Positions 37,721 to 46,981 of a stretch of DNA of 64,000 bases are shown piece by piece (the stretch's first letter is position 1; the number at the start of each line of letters is the position of its first letter). This stretch comes from a virus. Location of the stretch: the IMG/VR virus record IMGVR_UViG_3300030099_006533. One strand, written 5' to 3'. The position numbers were made by a program, and so were the translations under genes. The notes beneath the pieces were generated by a model. It made no database searches. It saw only the letters and a program-made list of their open reading frames with translations, and was not told the origin of the DNA.

Positions 37721-38776
37721 ATGAACAATGATTTAAAAATAATTTTAGAAAACTGGAACTCTTTCGTAGATTTAGTAGAAAACGAGACTGACGACAGGGT
37801 TTATCTTTTTGAAAACGGCGCACCCTCCCCATCAGAAAGCATGTCTTTTAGTAGATTGCATGAAAGGATGCTGGCTGGAAAGCTAACTGAGCAAAAACTG
37901 TATGAAACGTGGGAAGCTTCGCTAGAGTATGAAATAAGACTACTAGAGGAAGCAGGAATTTTAAGAAGAGCGGCCGGCGCCATTAAAAAGGGCGCCCAAA
38001 AGGTGACCCAAGCAGGAAAAAACGTTTTAAAAAGATTAGCTACGTTCCTGTACAGTAAATTAATTCAACCTTTAATGAGAATGATCATGGGGGCCACCTC
38101 GGTAGCAGCTATTCAGAGGGCCCTAAATTGGATCAAGGGCACTATGGGCTCAGGTGCCGTCAATGAAAATATGATTTCTAAATTTATGGCTCACCCATTC
38201 ATGAAAAAATACGGAAAGTACATTATTGCTGGCATGGTCCTGATTGCCACAGCCGCAGCGGTTTACATGGGCTGCGCAGAGATGGTCGATCTTATATCAT
38301 CGCAAAATGTAGATCAAATTGCAGACAAGACATCTGAGATTAGACATGTGATTGAATCAGCGGTTCAGATATCTACTGATGCTGGTTGTGATACATGTGT
38401 GGATGCTGGAAGCAGACTTTTGTCACAACTGACAGAAAACTCTAGCATGTCAGATATGATAGAAGCTGCCTCAGACATGTCCGCGACGGGCGTAAATCAA
38501 ATGACCGCCTCACTAGAACAGGCAGTTCAAATGCTAGGTGATGCTGAACAAGCTGGTGGCAAGGGAAGTGAAGAGTTCGCTCAATGGAAACAGTCGGTTC
38601 TCGATGGAAAGGATGCTCTTGCAAAGTATTCCTCAGACAAGGCAAGTTACGTTAGTAAACAGGCTAACGCACAAACCTTATCGCAACCGCTCAGCCAATT
38701 CGTCCAGCACACCGCCGATACTGCTCAGCAAGCTGGCCAGACAGTCGTTAAACGTGCAGCAAATACAGATTTTTAG
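37721..38776 (+). CDS. Hypothetical protein with 'ENW..F' leader and hydrophobic helices, possible ejected/internal protein
   Basis: MNNDLKIILENWNSFVDLVENE; basic amphipathic helix; YIIAGMVLIATAAAVYMGC hydrophobic segment; CDTC. Confidence 0.6.
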   Translation: MNNDLKIILENWNSFVDLVENETDDRVYLFENGAPSPSESMSFSRLHERMLAGKLTEQKLYETWEASLEYEIRLLEEAGILRRAAGAIKKGAQKVTQAGKNVLKRLATFLYSKLIQPLMRMIMGATSVAAIQRALNWIKGTMGSGAVNENMISKFMAHPFMKKYGKYIIAGMVLIATAAAVYMGCAEMVDLISSQNVDQIADKTSEIRHVIESAVQISTDAGCDTCVDAGSRLLSQLTENSSMSDMIEAASDMSATGVNQMTASLEQAVQMLGDAEQAGGKGSEEFAQWKQSVLDGKDALAKYSSDKASYVSKQANAQTLSQPLSQFVQHTADTAQQAGQTVVKRAANTDF

Positions 38777-38785
38777 AGGTGATAA

Positions 38786-39127
38786 TTGAGTAGTCTATAT
38801 GTAGTAAACATGATGTGGTTCATACTCTGTGCATACGGTTTAACACAGATTCTAGTTTACGGCTCAATCTTCAACAAAATTAGGCCAGCAAAGACATGGC
38901 TAAGAGGTTTCGGAGAGCTTTTTCATTGCCCTATGTGTATGGGGTTTTGGGTTGGTGCTTTTTTGTTATGCATTTCTCCGTACACTGAACTATTTACATT
39001 TGAACAAACTATAGCAAATTTGTTTATTTGTGGTTGGGTCTCCTCGGGCACTTCATACATAATGAATGTTTTATTTTGCGATAATGGTTTACAAATAGGA
39101 GCAAACAATGGGAAACACATGGATTAG
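38786..39127 (+). CDS. Small multi-pass membrane protein with CxxC (DUF1360-like)
   Basis: Three hydrophobic segments; LFHCPMCMGFWVG. Start codon uncertain (TTG 38786 or ATG near 38810). Confidence 0.6.
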   Translation: MSSLYVVNMMWFILCAYGLTQILVYGSIFNKIRPAKTWLRGFGELFHCPMCMGFWVGAFLLCISPYTELFTFEQTIANLFICGWVSSGTSYIMNVLFCDNGLQIGANNGKHMD

Positions 39128-39197
39128 CAAGTGGGCCCTTCAGCCGGTTCGACGTTGCTGTAAGGGTTCCATAATCGCGCGGGTAGCGCCCGCATAG
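39108..39197 (+). CDS. 29-aa Cys-Cys peptide, not in track
   Basis: GGAG SD at 39098-39101, ATG 39108. MGNTWISKWALQPVRRCCKGSIIARVAPA. Fills the gap to the protease gene. Confidence 0.5.
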   Translation: MGNTWISKWALQPVRRCCKGSIIARVAPA

Positions 39198-39207
39198 GTA
39201 ATAAATT

Positions 39208-39819
39208 ATGAAAAAAGTACTTTTAAGAGAATATTACGAACTTTGCGAGGGCGGAGTTTGTCAGGACTTGTTAACCGAGGAAGAGAAAAGATATGTTGCT
39301 AACGGCGGCATGATTCTTTCTGGTAAACTGCAAGAGGCTGATGTTCAAAACGGCAACGGCCGTATTTATCCACACAGAGTTCTTATGAGAGAGATGGAGA
39401 ACTACTCCAAGCTCGTAAACGAGCGCCGCGCCCTAGGAGAGCTAGATCACCCAGACGATTCAGTAATTAATCTAAAGAACGCCTCGCACATGATTACAGA
39501 GGTGTGGTGGGATGACAAAAACGTAATGGGTAAAGTAAAGGTGCTTAACACGCCTTCCGGCAAGATCCTACAGGCCCTCGTCAACGACGGCGCCAGCCTA
39601 GGTATCTCTTCACGAGGTCTTGGTTCTGTGCACGAATCAACAAACGGAACAATCGTAGAGGACGACTTCCAACTTATTTGCTTTGATTTTGTTTCTGAGC
39701 CTTCTACCCCTGGCGCTTATATGTCAATTAGTGAAGGCAAGAACTACGAAGAACCTAACGTATTTACCAAAGCAGACAAGATTAACCGTATGCTTAATGA
39801 TATTTTGAGTGATAAATGA
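39208..39819 (+). CDS. Prohead core protease (T4 gp21-like)
   Basis: NGNGRIYP, ALGELDHP, LGISSRGLGS and FDFVSEPSTPGA are gp21-family motifs including the catalytic H and S. Confidence 0.93.
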   Translation: MKKVLLREYYELCEGGVCQDLLTEEEKRYVANGGMILSGKLQEADVQNGNGRIYPHRVLMREMENYSKLVNERRALGELDHPDDSVINLKNASHMITEVWWDDKNVMGKVKVLNTPSGKILQALVNDGASLGISSRGLGSVHESTNGTIVEDDFQLICFDFVSEPSTPGAYMSISEGKNYEEPNVFTKADKINRMLNDILSDK

Positions 39820-40232
39820 ACAAAAACCAATTAAAGAAAGTCTTGAAGCCATTAATCAAAGAGTGCATCAAGGAGGTGATTTTTGAAGAAGGCGTGCTTT
39901 CCTCTGTAATCAAAGAGGTAGTAAAAGGCACGACCGCACAAGTGGTAACCGAGACTCCCGAGCCTAGGACAGCACAAGTTGCCGAAGCCCGGGTTAACTT
40001 ACAGAGGGCCGCATTGGCCGAAAGAAAGAAAAAGCTGCTTGACTCTATCGGGTCAGAGGCTTTTAACGGTGTTAACATTTTTGAAGACACAACACCAACC
40101 CGCGCCCCCGCGCAACCAAAAGCCGGATCTGTAGATCTGGGAGACCCAGGCGATGCCGGTGTTGATATTGGCGACTTATTTGCCTCATCCGGCGGCGCTT
40201 GGAACGCATTATCAAAAGGAATGAAGAAGTAA
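39816..40232 (+). CDS. Hypothetical head-region protein
   Basis: MNKNQLKKVLKPLIKECIKEVIFEE leader resembles that of 31910. ATGA overlap with the protease gene. Confidence 0.6.
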   Translation: MNKNQLKKVLKPLIKECIKEVIFEEGVLSSVIKEVVKGTTAQVVTETPEPRTAQVAEARVNLQRAALAERKKKLLDSIGSEAFNGVNIFEDTTPTRAPAQPKAGSVDLGDPGDAGVDIGDLFASSGGAWNALSKGMKK

Positions 40233-40233
40233 G

Positions 40234-40473
40234 ATGGCTGCAGTTAACGTGTCAGTACGCGCAAGAAGAAACGAATCATCCGAGCGCTTAATTCGAAGAT
40301 TTATTAGAAAATGTAAAAAAGACGGAATTGTAGAAAGATACAGAGAACGTTGTACCGCATATATAAAACCTTCTGAAAAGAAAAGAATTAAACGCCAAAA
40401 GGCAGAACGGCTCAGACAGCGCGAAGAGCTTAAAGCACAAAAATATAAAAAGCGTGCTAAATACGATAGGTAA
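40234..40473 (+). CDS. rpsU: Phage-encoded ribosomal protein bS21 homologue
   Basis: V.VR.R.NES.ERLIRRF.RKCKKDGIVERYRER..YIKPSEKKR matches the bS21 pattern (ALRRFKR...G...E.R.R..Y.KP...R); very basic, 79 aa. Confidence 0.85.
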   Translation: MAAVNVSVRARRNESSERLIRRFIRKCKKDGIVERYRERCTAYIKPSEKKRIKRQKAERLRQREELKAQKYKKRAKYDR

Positions 40474-40497
40474 TAATGGTTTAGTTCTAAAAGCTGA

Positions 40498-40505
40498 ACT
40501 ATTTA
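40498..40505 (+). promoter_or_regulatory. Late-promoter-like motif ACTATTTA
   Basis: Exact copy in the gap before 40539; AGGAG SD follows. Confidence 0.65.
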
Positions 40506-40538
40506 CAAAAAGCGCAATTGTAATTTAGGAGAGAAACA

Positions 40539-40916
40539 ATGTCATTTAAACAACCGTACAGCACCAGTATCCGACATGTTGGTGCATATCAGGTCTCAGG
40601 CCGTCCATGGGTCAAGGGCGCAATCAACGGAAACACCCTTCAAAAAATTGAGTTCCCGTTTGTCACAAGATGGATTGTCGTTACCAACACGCATGCCAGT
40701 GCTGCAATTCAAGTTGCTTTTCACGCTGATGGTGTAGGCGATAACTGTTATATCGACGTTCCCTTTGGGACATCATCACCTAGACTAGAACTTAAATGTA
40801 ACGCAATTTGGGTCAAAGGGCCCGATGCCGCATGTATCAGTGTAGCTGCTGGCCTTACAAACATTCCTAGAGATCAAATGTATGACTTGAGCGGCGACGG
40901 TATCGAAGTACCATAG
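40539..40916 (+). CDS. Small beta-rich virion protein (possible capsid decoration)
   Basis: 125 aa, beta-strand periodicity, first gene of the fibre cluster. Confidence 0.5.
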   Translation: MSFKQPYSTSIRHVGAYQVSGRPWVKGAINGNTLQKIEFPFVTRWIVVTNTHASAAIQVAFHADGVGDNCYIDVPFGTSSPRLELKCNAIWVKGPDAACISVAAGLTNIPRDQMYDLSGDGIEVP

Positions 40917-40927
40917 GAGTTTAACTA

Positions 40928-41692
40928 ATGAGTTTTGGGTGGGCCTACGTCGGCTGTGACGACATTGCAATTAGTTCCATGGCAGGACCTTCGGGTTCTG
41001 TACTGGTGCGTAATGGTTCGTTCACGATCTCAGGCTCAGAAAACTTTACACTACTTGATGATGGGGGCCAAGTTCATTCTCTCCTTCTGACTGGCTCACT
41101 CAAGTTATCAGGTTCTAGTACGTTTAGCGGCGATGTTACGGTTGAAGGCAACCTAACAGCCAACAGCTACAACGTCATTAACACATCAATTACTGAAATT
41201 GATGCATCTGGATCGACTTCTTTTGGTAATGATTTTGCAGATTTGCATACAATTACAGGTACACTAGCTTTGGCTGGTGTTAATACGCAACAGCCTGCTC
41301 TAGTGGTCACAGGAGCAGCGGCAGTAGCCAGCAACAGAGTTGGCGTTCTGACAAATGCCCCAACCTCTCACTTCTCAGTCAGTGGTTCTATTGCGTTTAG
41401 CTATACACAAGTTTCGTCTTCACCTTACACATTGAATACAACACATACTATCGTCGGCGTTACTCGAAACGGTGCGACGACTATTAACCTTCCCTCCGCT
41501 AATAACACACCCGGGCGAGTTGTCTTTATCAAAGACGAAGGAACAACTCAGCCGAGAACCAGCGGCAATAAGATTACGATAGCAGCAGATGGCAGTGAGA
41601 CAATCGACGGCCAAGCCGAATATTTTGTTATGGGCTCCCGCGCTGCTATTTCTTTGTACAGTAATGGTTCAGATGGATGGTTTGTGTTCTAA
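40928..41692 (+). CDS. Short fibre-like protein with C-terminal TIDG module
   Basis: G/S/T-rich beta repeats; ends TINLPSA...VFIKDEG...ETIDG...LYSNGSDGWFVF. Confidence 0.6.
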   Translation: MSFGWAYVGCDDIAISSMAGPSGSVLVRNGSFTISGSENFTLLDDGGQVHSLLLTGSLKLSGSSTFSGDVTVEGNLTANSYNVINTSITEIDASGSTSFGNDFADLHTITGTLALAGVNTQQPALVVTGAAAVASNRVGVLTNAPTSHFSVSGSIAFSYTQVSSSPYTLNTTHTIVGVTRNGATTINLPSANNTPGRVVFIKDEGTTQPRTSGNKITIAADGSETIDGQAEYFVMGSRAAISLYSNGSDGWFVF

Positions 41693-41715
41693 TTAATAAG
41701 CGGAGGGCGACATAA

Positions 41716-44700
41716 GTGGGACACAATTATCTCTCCGGTTCTGTTACACTGGGCGAAACCGGATCCATTCAGATCACAGGTTCGTTCTATGGAGCCTTTG
41801 CCGGCGATGGAACCGGCATTACGACGATACCGTTTAGTTCAGTATATTCTATTCTGAATCCTGGCACAGATCGTGTTTTAACAACTAGAGATTCAAGTGG
41901 CAATAGTTTTGAGGGCCACCCAGGGTTTACCTATTCTGAATCAAGTAAACAATTAACCATTTCGGCATCTAGTCACCCCTTAATACTTCAAGGTTTGCAG
42001 TCTGCTACGCTGCCAAACACTTCAAGTTATTTGGCCTTAGATCCATCGACCAACCGCGTAGTCCTTACAAGCTCCGCACAAGGCGGAGGAGGGTCCGGGG
42101 GAACAATTGGTGCTGCTGAAGATGGCGATTATACTGATGGCCTGTATACCGACTTCACAACATCTACACCAGTTGGCACGCCAATTGACAGGTTTAATGA
42201 AGTTTTAAAAATTTTAGCGCCATCACCCGCACCAGTTGTCCGCTCTATTGATGAAGACGTTACAGACGGGGTTGCAGCTAAGCTTTCATTTGGAGCTAGC
42301 AATGCAATTCCAGGGTTCACAGCGGTCTCTACTGCAGCCGGCTTCGGAGCAAAAACAAGAAACCAGTCTTATCAAGCTGAAACATCCGGCTCCAACATTC
42401 GTTTAGGTGTCTATGAGAATACACAAACAATTACCGGTGACGTAAACAATAATGTTGCTCGCAATGAAACCAATGGCTTTTTAGCTTATGCTTCTGGCTC
42501 GTTTACGAACGCAGACGAGGGAACGCTAAAACTAGAAGTCAACGGCAGCGTAATCCACTCAGTTGACTTATCATCGTTTACAGGAGCAGGCAACCCCGCA
42601 ACAGGTTCCGCTAGTTCGCTTACAGGCAACTCCGGGTTTGTAAACGTTTCGACTGCTGCATCAAGTTTCGACGGGAACGGCGCAGAGTGGTACATCTTTA
42701 AACACAGAACCGCCAAATATCAAATCCATCCAGACGACATGAGGAATGGCTGGAACTACGCTAGAGTTCTGCACACTGTCGGTGGAATTGATCGTGAGAC
42801 AAACTATATTGAGTGGGTAAACGATCCATCTGGTTCTTCTAACAACTTGGCCGCTGCAAATGAAAGAATTGAAGACATTACTCTTGCTGGCTCAAAGTAT
42901 CTTTCTGGTGTACGCTACAACACAGGGGCTACGGCAAACTACAAAGTCGATGTTTCAAACATGTACCAGAACGTGTTCCCGGCTTCAGGCACTCCGGTCG
43001 GCTTTACAGTAGGCAACTCTTCTACACCATCGGCCCAAGCGGTATCAGATTTATCATCCGGCCAAAATCAAGATCAGGTTTTGCGTCTTACAGCTAGTTT
43101 GTCAGTAAATGTTGATAACTTGCTAGATGGAGCGGTTACGGCAAATGTCACAGCCACTCACCCTCTCAAGAGTACACTATCAAATGCCGGCTCGGCAACT
43201 ACTGGTGACGGCTTCTTGATTGATAACAGAACTCTTGCTAGTTCCAACTTGGTTGAACGGTTCCACGACGAATCTTACAGAAAACAGTCAGGCAGTTATG
43301 ATACGCAAGCGAACGCTTCTGGAAATGGTACGGACTGGACGTCCAGCAACCATATGTTGGCTACGGGCTCTGCTGGGCACACAGATGGCCTTATCATGTT
43401 CGATCAGAACTTGTACAGCCCTGCAGCTTCCAGCTTGCCAAACAGCGGCGACTTCAGCGCCATGTCTAATGTAGAAGCCGGCCAGCCTGACTACTCAGGC
43501 GTTACTGGCCTTAGAACGTTCTATCGCAAGATTCAAAACACTAGTGGTGCTGCAATCCGCGATATGAAGATTACGTCCGACAAGGGTAGTGCACAGATTG
43601 TTAGTGATGCTACGTCCTTGTCAGGACAAACAAATAAGATTAAAGTATATGCAAAGATTCCGGCCACAACTGGGTGGATGGATATTTCACAAGACTTTGC
43701 GTATGGAAGCATTGCCGACGCCGCCGGCGCTCTTATTAACGGAGCCAGCGACAACGCAAATGTCAATCACACAGATGACAGTGTTCACTGTATTACATTC
43801 GGCTCAGCCTCAGTAGCAGATAACGATTATGTGATGTTAAAGGTGCTTGCTGGCGCTGATTGGGAAGGTCAAATTGGGCAACTAAACTTCCAACTTGGCG
43901 CATCAGATGTGTCGGCCCCCACAGAAGCTCCTCAATTAGACGATATTGAAACAGATTCAGCAGGAGTATCCGACGCAAATCTTTCATTCGGTTCTTCTAA
44001 CTCAATTACAGGATATACGCCCGCAACAGGCTCCGCTCTTAGTTTGACAGATTACGACTCAAACGATAACTACAATTCAAGTGGTGATCGCCTAGGGGTC
44101 TTCTCATCAAAAGGTAACATTGTCGGAGATCTGAATGATGACGTCACTGCCAGCGGCCAGAACTACCCAGCAAATTCTTTTAAAGACGCATATGATGGAA
44201 GACTACAATTGTATGTAAACGGAAGAGTGGTGCATCAACTTGATCTTACCTCAACCGTAAACGCGATAACAAACGATTTTAACGCGAATAGTTCAGGGTT
44301 TAGTGTATCTGCCCTCAATTGGAGCAAAACATCAGATCTAATCCCAGACTATACAAAACCATACAGAACTGGCACATTCCAAATTGGTGCCGACGATCAA
44401 GATTTAGGCTTCAACACAGCACGAGTGGTTCACACGACCGATGGTGGCAGCACTACCACAAACTATATCGAGTGGGTTGTTGATACAGATGCCAATGCAC
44501 TATCTTCTGCAAATGTCGCGTTAACAAACTTCGACCATTCAGACATCTACTACCAGTCAGGTGTAAGATACTTCGCTTCTCAGCCAAGCGCTTCCTACAC
44601 ATACGACGCATCTAATGTATACAGAAACGTTTTCCAAGATGGAACAGCTGTATCGTTCCCAACAACTACAAATTGCTCAATCAGCAACATTAGAATTGTC

Positions 44701-45690
44701 GGTTCTGGTGTCGCCACTCTAAACACAGCAGCAGCTTCAGTAAGCCTGCCGAACCTCAACAATACTGCTAACTGCGAAGCAGCAAACATCGAGGTGACCG
44801 GTACGGTGTTGTTTGACAATACAACCTCCATTTCAGGCGGCTTAGGCTTGTTCACTGATGTGGATGCAACCGTTACTTCTAGAATCCTGCACCCACTAAA
44901 AACAAACCTATCAACGGCCTCACAGTCTAAAACATCATTCATGTATCATTCAGGCACGATTGGGAGCACCACACTAGGTGCACAAGAGTACTTTGGGCTG
45001 GAAACATATCGAGTGCAGTCTGGTAGTTACGCGAACCAAGCAGCAGTAACAGATGCAGCACAAGCATGGGATTCTGAAATCTCTGTTAACGATACTGTTT
45101 CGTATGCTGCATATGCTGATGGTTTAGTGACAGCAAATGGTTATCTAATCTCTCCACTACAGATTGGTAATGCTGGTGATACAAGAAACGCGGCCGATGG
45201 TGGTTCGCTACAAGCCCCTGCAGGAAGCCCGAACTACTCAACGCTCACTAACTCAACCAGAACATACTACAGATACTTTAGAAACACAACGGGTGTGGCA
45301 AAAGCGACGTTTACAATTACATTATACGGTGATGCAAACTTGTGTGCCAAGTCGGGTGCGTTCTACACAGGCACCCCTGGAGCAAACAAAAACATCAATG
45401 TGGAGCTAAAGGTTCCGTTTGATCCTGCGTTTACTGGCGGCGATGACACCTCTACAGCATGGGGTGATTGCATCAAGCCGTACTCAGCAGGAACCCAGCC
45501 AGACACTGATGGCGTCGGTATCTTTAACGGCGGAGGCTCTGACTTGACTACAACAGTGCCCGGTAGCGGCCGCGCTGTAGCCATTCAGTTGCAGCAAAAG
45601 CAAGTCAGAAACAACCAATACTTTGTTGTCAAGATTACGGCACACGAAGATTGGACTGGATACCTATCTAGGATTGGGATAACTTACTAA
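41716..45690 (+). CDS. Large virion protein (1324 aa) built from a tandem ~566-aa duplication
   Basis: Repeat 1 from 42217, repeat 2 from 43915. Paired motifs such as NYIEWV, SGVRY, HPLK, QSGSY..QA and RT.YR...NT.G. Start codon uncertain (GTG). Confidence 0.7.
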   Translation: MGHNYLSGSVTLGETGSIQITGSFYGAFAGDGTGITTIPFSSVYSILNPGTDRVLTTRDSSGNSFEGHPGFTYSESSKQLTISASSHPLILQGLQSATLPNTSSYLALDPSTNRVVLTSSAQGGGGSGGTIGAAEDGDYTDGLYTDFTTSTPVGTPIDRFNEVLKILAPSPAPVVRSIDEDVTDGVAAKLSFGASNAIPGFTAVSTAAGFGAKTRNQSYQAETSGSNIRLGVYENTQTITGDVNNNVARNETNGFLAYASGSFTNADEGTLKLEVNGSVIHSVDLSSFTGAGNPATGSASSLTGNSGFVNVSTAASSFDGNGAEWYIFKHRTAKYQIHPDDMRNGWNYARVLHTVGGIDRETNYIEWVNDPSGSSNNLAAANERIEDITLAGSKYLSGVRYNTGATANYKVDVSNMYQNVFPASGTPVGFTVGNSSTPSAQAVSDLSSGQNQDQVLRLTASLSVNVDNLLDGAVTANVTATHPLKSTLSNAGSATTGDGFLIDNRTLASSNLVERFHDESYRKQSGSYDTQANASGNGTDWTSSNHMLATGSAGHTDGLIMFDQNLYSPAASSLPNSGDFSAMSNVEAGQPDYSGVTGLRTFYRKIQNTSGAAIRDMKITSDKGSAQIVSDATSLSGQTNKIKVYAKIPATTGWMDISQDFAYGSIADAAGALINGASDNANVNHTDDSVHCITFGSASVADNDYVMLKVLAGADWEGQIGQLNFQLGASDVSAPTEAPQLDDIETDSAGVSDANLSFGSSNSITGYTPATGSALSLTDYDSNDNYNSSGDRLGVFSSKGNIVGDLNDDVTASGQNYPANSFKDAYDGRLQLYVNGRVVHQLDLTSTVNAITNDFNANSSGFSVSALNWSKTSDLIPDYTKPYRTGTFQIGADDQDLGFNTARVVHTTDGGSTTTNYIEWVVDTDANALSSANVALTNFDHSDIYYQSGVRYFASQPSASYTYDASNVYRNVFQDGTAVSFPTTTNCSISNIRIVGSGVATLNTAAASVSLPNLNNTANCEAANIEVTGTVLFDNTTSISGGLGLFTDVDATVTSRILHPLKTNLSTASQSKTSFMYHSGTIGSTTLGAQEYFGLETYRVQSGSYANQAAVTDAAQAWDSEISVNDTVSYAAYADGLVTANGYLISPLQIGNAGDTRNAADGGSLQAPAGSPNYSTLTNSTRTYYRYFRNTTGVAKATFTITLYGDANLCAKSGAFYTGTPGANKNINVELKVPFDPAFTGGDDTSTAWGDCIKPYSAGTQPDTDGVGIFNGGGSDLTTTVPGSGRAVAIQLQQKQVRNNQYFVVKITAHEDWTGYLSRIGITY

Positions 45691-46787
45691 TGAGTACAGG
45701 AAAGACCAATACAACATCGACTCAGTTTGCGGCCAAGAAGCTTCTTGGTAAGGCGCACACCTCTAACTTAAAGTCCGATGTTAACGAGTCAGTTCCTTCA
45801 AACGTATCTTTACCTTCTGAAACGATCTTTGGCGAAGCTATTCCCAATGATCCGGGCACCGCTTTTTACACAATGTACAGCGCCTCTGCTGGTGGCCCTG
45901 CTACTGTAGAGCAGGTGTATTTTGATATTGTCTCAATCTCAGACACGATTTACGATGCTGATGATACTGGCGGAGGAGGAGACGAATCCTCTGCTTCAGG
46001 CCCACACGGCTACTACCTAAAGCTTCCAGCCGCATACCAGACGACTTCGTCAAATCCCGCCAAAGGTACCGGCGCTTTCACAAACGGCAAAAGGGTTTAT
46101 GACTCTCGCGGTGCTCTGCAGCTTGTGCCTCCGCTTATCTCAAATGCTAGTCCAAATAGATACTTTCTAAAGTTATACAAGGGTGACCCCGCCGACCCTG
46201 CGAATGAGATTACATCAGGAGACAGTATTGACTGGCAGGTGGATTACTATTCTGGAATCGTCTTCATTCAGGATTATAACGCCTCACAGGTTCCAGTCAC
46301 TGCCTCTGCATATCTGTATGTTGGAGAATATCTAGATGAAAAATTGGCATCAATTTCCGCCTCGGCCGGCGGGGGAACAGTTGATGGCTCTGGTGCAAAT
46401 ACCAGATTAGCTTTTTGGTCTGATGCGGATACACTCACTGCAGACGCGAATTTAACATTTGCCAACAGCACTCTTAGTGTAGACGGTGGCCTTAAATTAA
46501 AAAGAAGAACAGTGACTGCTCACGTCACCGCCTCAGCATCAGATTACTTTATTGGAGTAAACTCATCAGGGGGCTCATTTGATGTTCGTCTTTTAAATGC
46601 TTCTTCGCTTGAAGACGGGCAAACGATTGTTATTAAAGATGAGGGTGGTGCCACAAATACAAACCCCGTAAACATTAGAGCACATCCTGGCCAAACAATT
46701 GATGGCCAACAATCAATTATTTTGGAGTCTCCATTCGCTGCAGTTTCACTGTATAGCAATGGATCGAACGCCTACTTCATTTACTAG
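45690..46787 (+). CDS. Virion fibre-like protein with C-terminal TIDG module
   Basis: Ends IVIKDEGG...QTIDGQQSIILESPFAAVSLYSNGSNAYFIY. Confidence 0.6.
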   Translation: MSTGKTNTTSTQFAAKKLLGKAHTSNLKSDVNESVPSNVSLPSETIFGEAIPNDPGTAFYTMYSASAGGPATVEQVYFDIVSISDTIYDADDTGGGGDESSASGPHGYYLKLPAAYQTTSSNPAKGTGAFTNGKRVYDSRGALQLVPPLISNASPNRYFLKLYKGDPADPANEITSGDSIDWQVDYYSGIVFIQDYNASQVPVTASAYLYVGEYLDEKLASISASAGGGTVDGSGANTRLAFWSDADTLTADANLTFANSTLSVDGGLKLKRRTVTAHVTASASDYFIGVNSSGGSFDVRLLNASSLEDGQTIVIKDEGGATNTNPVNIRAHPGQTIDGQQSIILESPFAAVSLYSNGSNAYFIY

Positions 46788-46981
46788 TTTTTGAATATAT
46801 AATGGGTACTTTTAGTAGAACCAAGCTAATTTAGTAATTTACCGTTAATATCACAGCCGTAAACGTTTTCGGCACTATGTAATGGTGTCCTCGACCGTAA
46901 CATCAAAACATATATGGATTGGTGTATAAACTCCCAATCGGGAAAAGCAATATTAAAATCAAATTTTGGAGGGATTTTTAA

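Noticed and set aside
39160-39197. Selenocysteine recoding in the Cys-Cys peptide (hairpin resembling a SECIS position)
   Set aside because: There is no in-frame TGA upstream of the hairpin.
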